This document shows positions 62,630-64,000 of a DNA stretch of 64,000 bases, piece by piece. Each line of letters opens with the position of its first letter. Position 1 is the first letter of the stretch. The translations under genes were made by a program, and so were the position numbers. Where the stretch lies: the NCBI GenBank assembly GCA_963775425.1, contig CAVZJB010000011.1, forward strand, positions 96,001 through 160,000. The letters are read 5' to 3'. Under the pieces are notes generated by a model. The model was not told where the DNA came from. It searched no databases and worked only from the letters and a program-made list of their open reading frames with translations. Origin of the DNA: an uncultured delta proteobacterium. GTDB taxonomy: Bacteria > Myxococcota > UBA727 > VGSZ01.

Positions 62630-64000
62630 ATGCTTTCACGCGTGCTTTCCCTCGCGGTCCTCCTCTCGGGCCTTGTCTTCACCGTCGCCAGCTCGACCGC
62701 CTGCGAAGGAGAAGGAGAGGGCGAAGGCGAAGGAGAAGGCGAAGGAGAAGGCGAAGGAGAAGGCGAAGGAGAAGGCGAAGGAGAAGGCGAAGGAGAAGGC
62801 GAAGGAGAAGGCGAAGGAGAAGGCGAAGGCGAAGGCGAAGGAGAAGGAGAAGGCGAAGGAGAAGGAGAGGGCGAAGGGGAAGGCGAGGGCGAAGGGGAGG
62901 GCGAGGGCGAGGCGTTCGTCACGCTCGAGACGCCCCCTGACGCGACCCAGGCCACCGAGATCGCCGTCTCCGACGACGGCCGCTTCGTCGCTTTTGCCAC
63001 CGGCGACGCCCTCGACGCCCTCGACACCAACAACTTCAGCGACGTCTACGTCCTCGATCGCCAAAGCGGCGCCCTCACGTATGTGTCGCAGGGCTTCAAC
63101 GCCGACTGCACCACGCCGGTGATCTCCGGCGACGGCTCCACGGTGGCGTTCGTGACCCTCGGCAGCGGCGTCGCGGCGGACCAAAACGGCTCCTCCGACG
63201 TCTACGCCCACGGCCTCGCCGACGCCGACGGCGTCTACGAGCTCGTGAGCAGCCTGCCGGACGGAAACGCCGCCGGGAGCAGCACCGCGCCCGCGGTGTC
63301 GGCGGATGGCGCTGTGATCGCGTTCTTCTCGGGCGCCGCCGGCGTGGACGGCGTGTTCGCCGCTGCGCAGAACCAGGTCTACGTGCACGCCGCCGGCACC
63401 CCGGGGGCCACGCTCGTGAGCCGCACGTCGGGACCCGTCGGCACCTCCGCCATCTCTGATGGGCCGTGCGACGCCAACGCCACCAGCGTCGCCATCTCCA
63501 ACGACGGAAACCACGTCGCCTTCGTGTGCCAGGCGGACAACCTCGCGCAGGCGAGCACGCCCGCGGCGTCCAACACCGGCAAGCTCGACGTGGTGTTCGT
63601 GCACGACGTCGCCGCAGGCACCACGACGGCCATCTCGGTGCCGTCGGGCGCGGTGGATCCCGACGGCATCGCCCGCGACGTCGACATCTCCGCCGACGGC
63701 AGCAGCGTCTCCTTCGTCTCCGACTCCACCAACCTCGTCGCCGACGACAACGACGGCCTCGCCGACATCTTCGTCGCTGCGTCCGATGCCTCGTCGCTCA
63801 CCATCGTCACCGGCGTGTGCAGCGCCAGCTTCACGTGTAAGAGGAGCCCGCTCACGGCGGACGGCGCGCGCTTCCTCGCGAGCACGACCAACGCCCTCGA
63901 CGCCACCCTCGACGCCGGCGCCGCGGCGGACCTCTATCTCTTCGACGTGTCGGCGCTGTCGACGCCCGCGCTCGTGGATCGACGCTTCGGCGACGGCCAC
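62630..64000 (+). CDS. Lipoprotein with (Glu-Gly)34 linker and TolB/PD40-like beta-propeller; runs off the window end
   Basis: GGAG RBS; MLSRVLSLAVLLSGLVFTVASSTAC; EG repeat at 62705-62908; repeated SxDGxxVAF..DxNxxxDVY blades. Missing from the ORF track because there is no stop in the window. Confidence 0.88.
   Translation, partial: MLSRVLSLAVLLSGLVFTVASSTACEGEGEGEGEGEGEGEGEGEGEGEGEGEGEGEGEGEGEGEGEGEGEGEGEGEGEGEGEGEGEGEGEGEGEAFVTLETPPDATQATEIAVSDDGRFVAFATGDALDALDTNNFSDVYVLDRQSGALTYVSQGFNADCTTPVISGDGSTVAFVTLGSGVAADQNGSSDVYAHGLADADGVYELVSSLPDGNAAGSSTAPAVSADGAVIAFFSGAAGVDGVFAAAQNQVYVHAAGTPGATLVSRTSGPVGTSAISDGPCDANATSVAISNDGNHVAFVCQADNLAQASTPAASNTGKLDVVFVHDVAAGTTTAISVPSGAVDPDGIARDVDISADGSSVSFVSDSTNLVADDNDGLADIFVAASDASSLTIVTGVCSASFTCKRSPLTADGARFLASTTNALDATLDAGAAADLYLFDVSALSTPALVDRRFGDGH

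Noticed and set aside
62488-63122. (Ser-Pro)n and (KAKE)n ORFs in the track, and equivalents near 49600-49850
   Set aside because: They are alternative frames of the (Glu-Gly)n tracts; only the EG frame has an RBS, a lipobox and a downstream domain.

Overview
High-GC bacterial window, most consistent with a Myxococcota/deltaproteobacterial genome (AgmX/PglI-type TonB C-terminal domain, MYXO-CTERM-like tail, Cys-rich lipoproteins, Hanks kinase); the taxon is inferred. From left to right: an M49 peptidase; an apparent single-chain ExbB-ExbD-TonB fusion; a module with two candidate sigma-54 promoters (beta-helix protein, NtrC-type activator with a degenerate receiver, BclA-like collagen, lipoprotein); a ~4,310-aa Ig-repeat surface lipoprotein split by one extra base; tRNA-Gln; methyltransferase-rmlD; MFS, PilZ and Fe-ADH genes; a complete IS5-family element with IRs and a TGA duplication; radA, slyD, spmAB, rlmE and tRNA-Phe; then an accessory region with many gene remnants (pdxJ, 5'-nucleotidase, tRNA-Lys, (EG)n lipoproteins, Sel1 protein, 33-bp tandem array, Ser/Thr kinase, PspA-like, CocE/NonD, Rieske oxygenase, AraC). 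I found no CRISPR array, rRNA or integrase. Three single-base insertions look like sequencing errors. All family calls come from motif recognition by eye; no searches were run.
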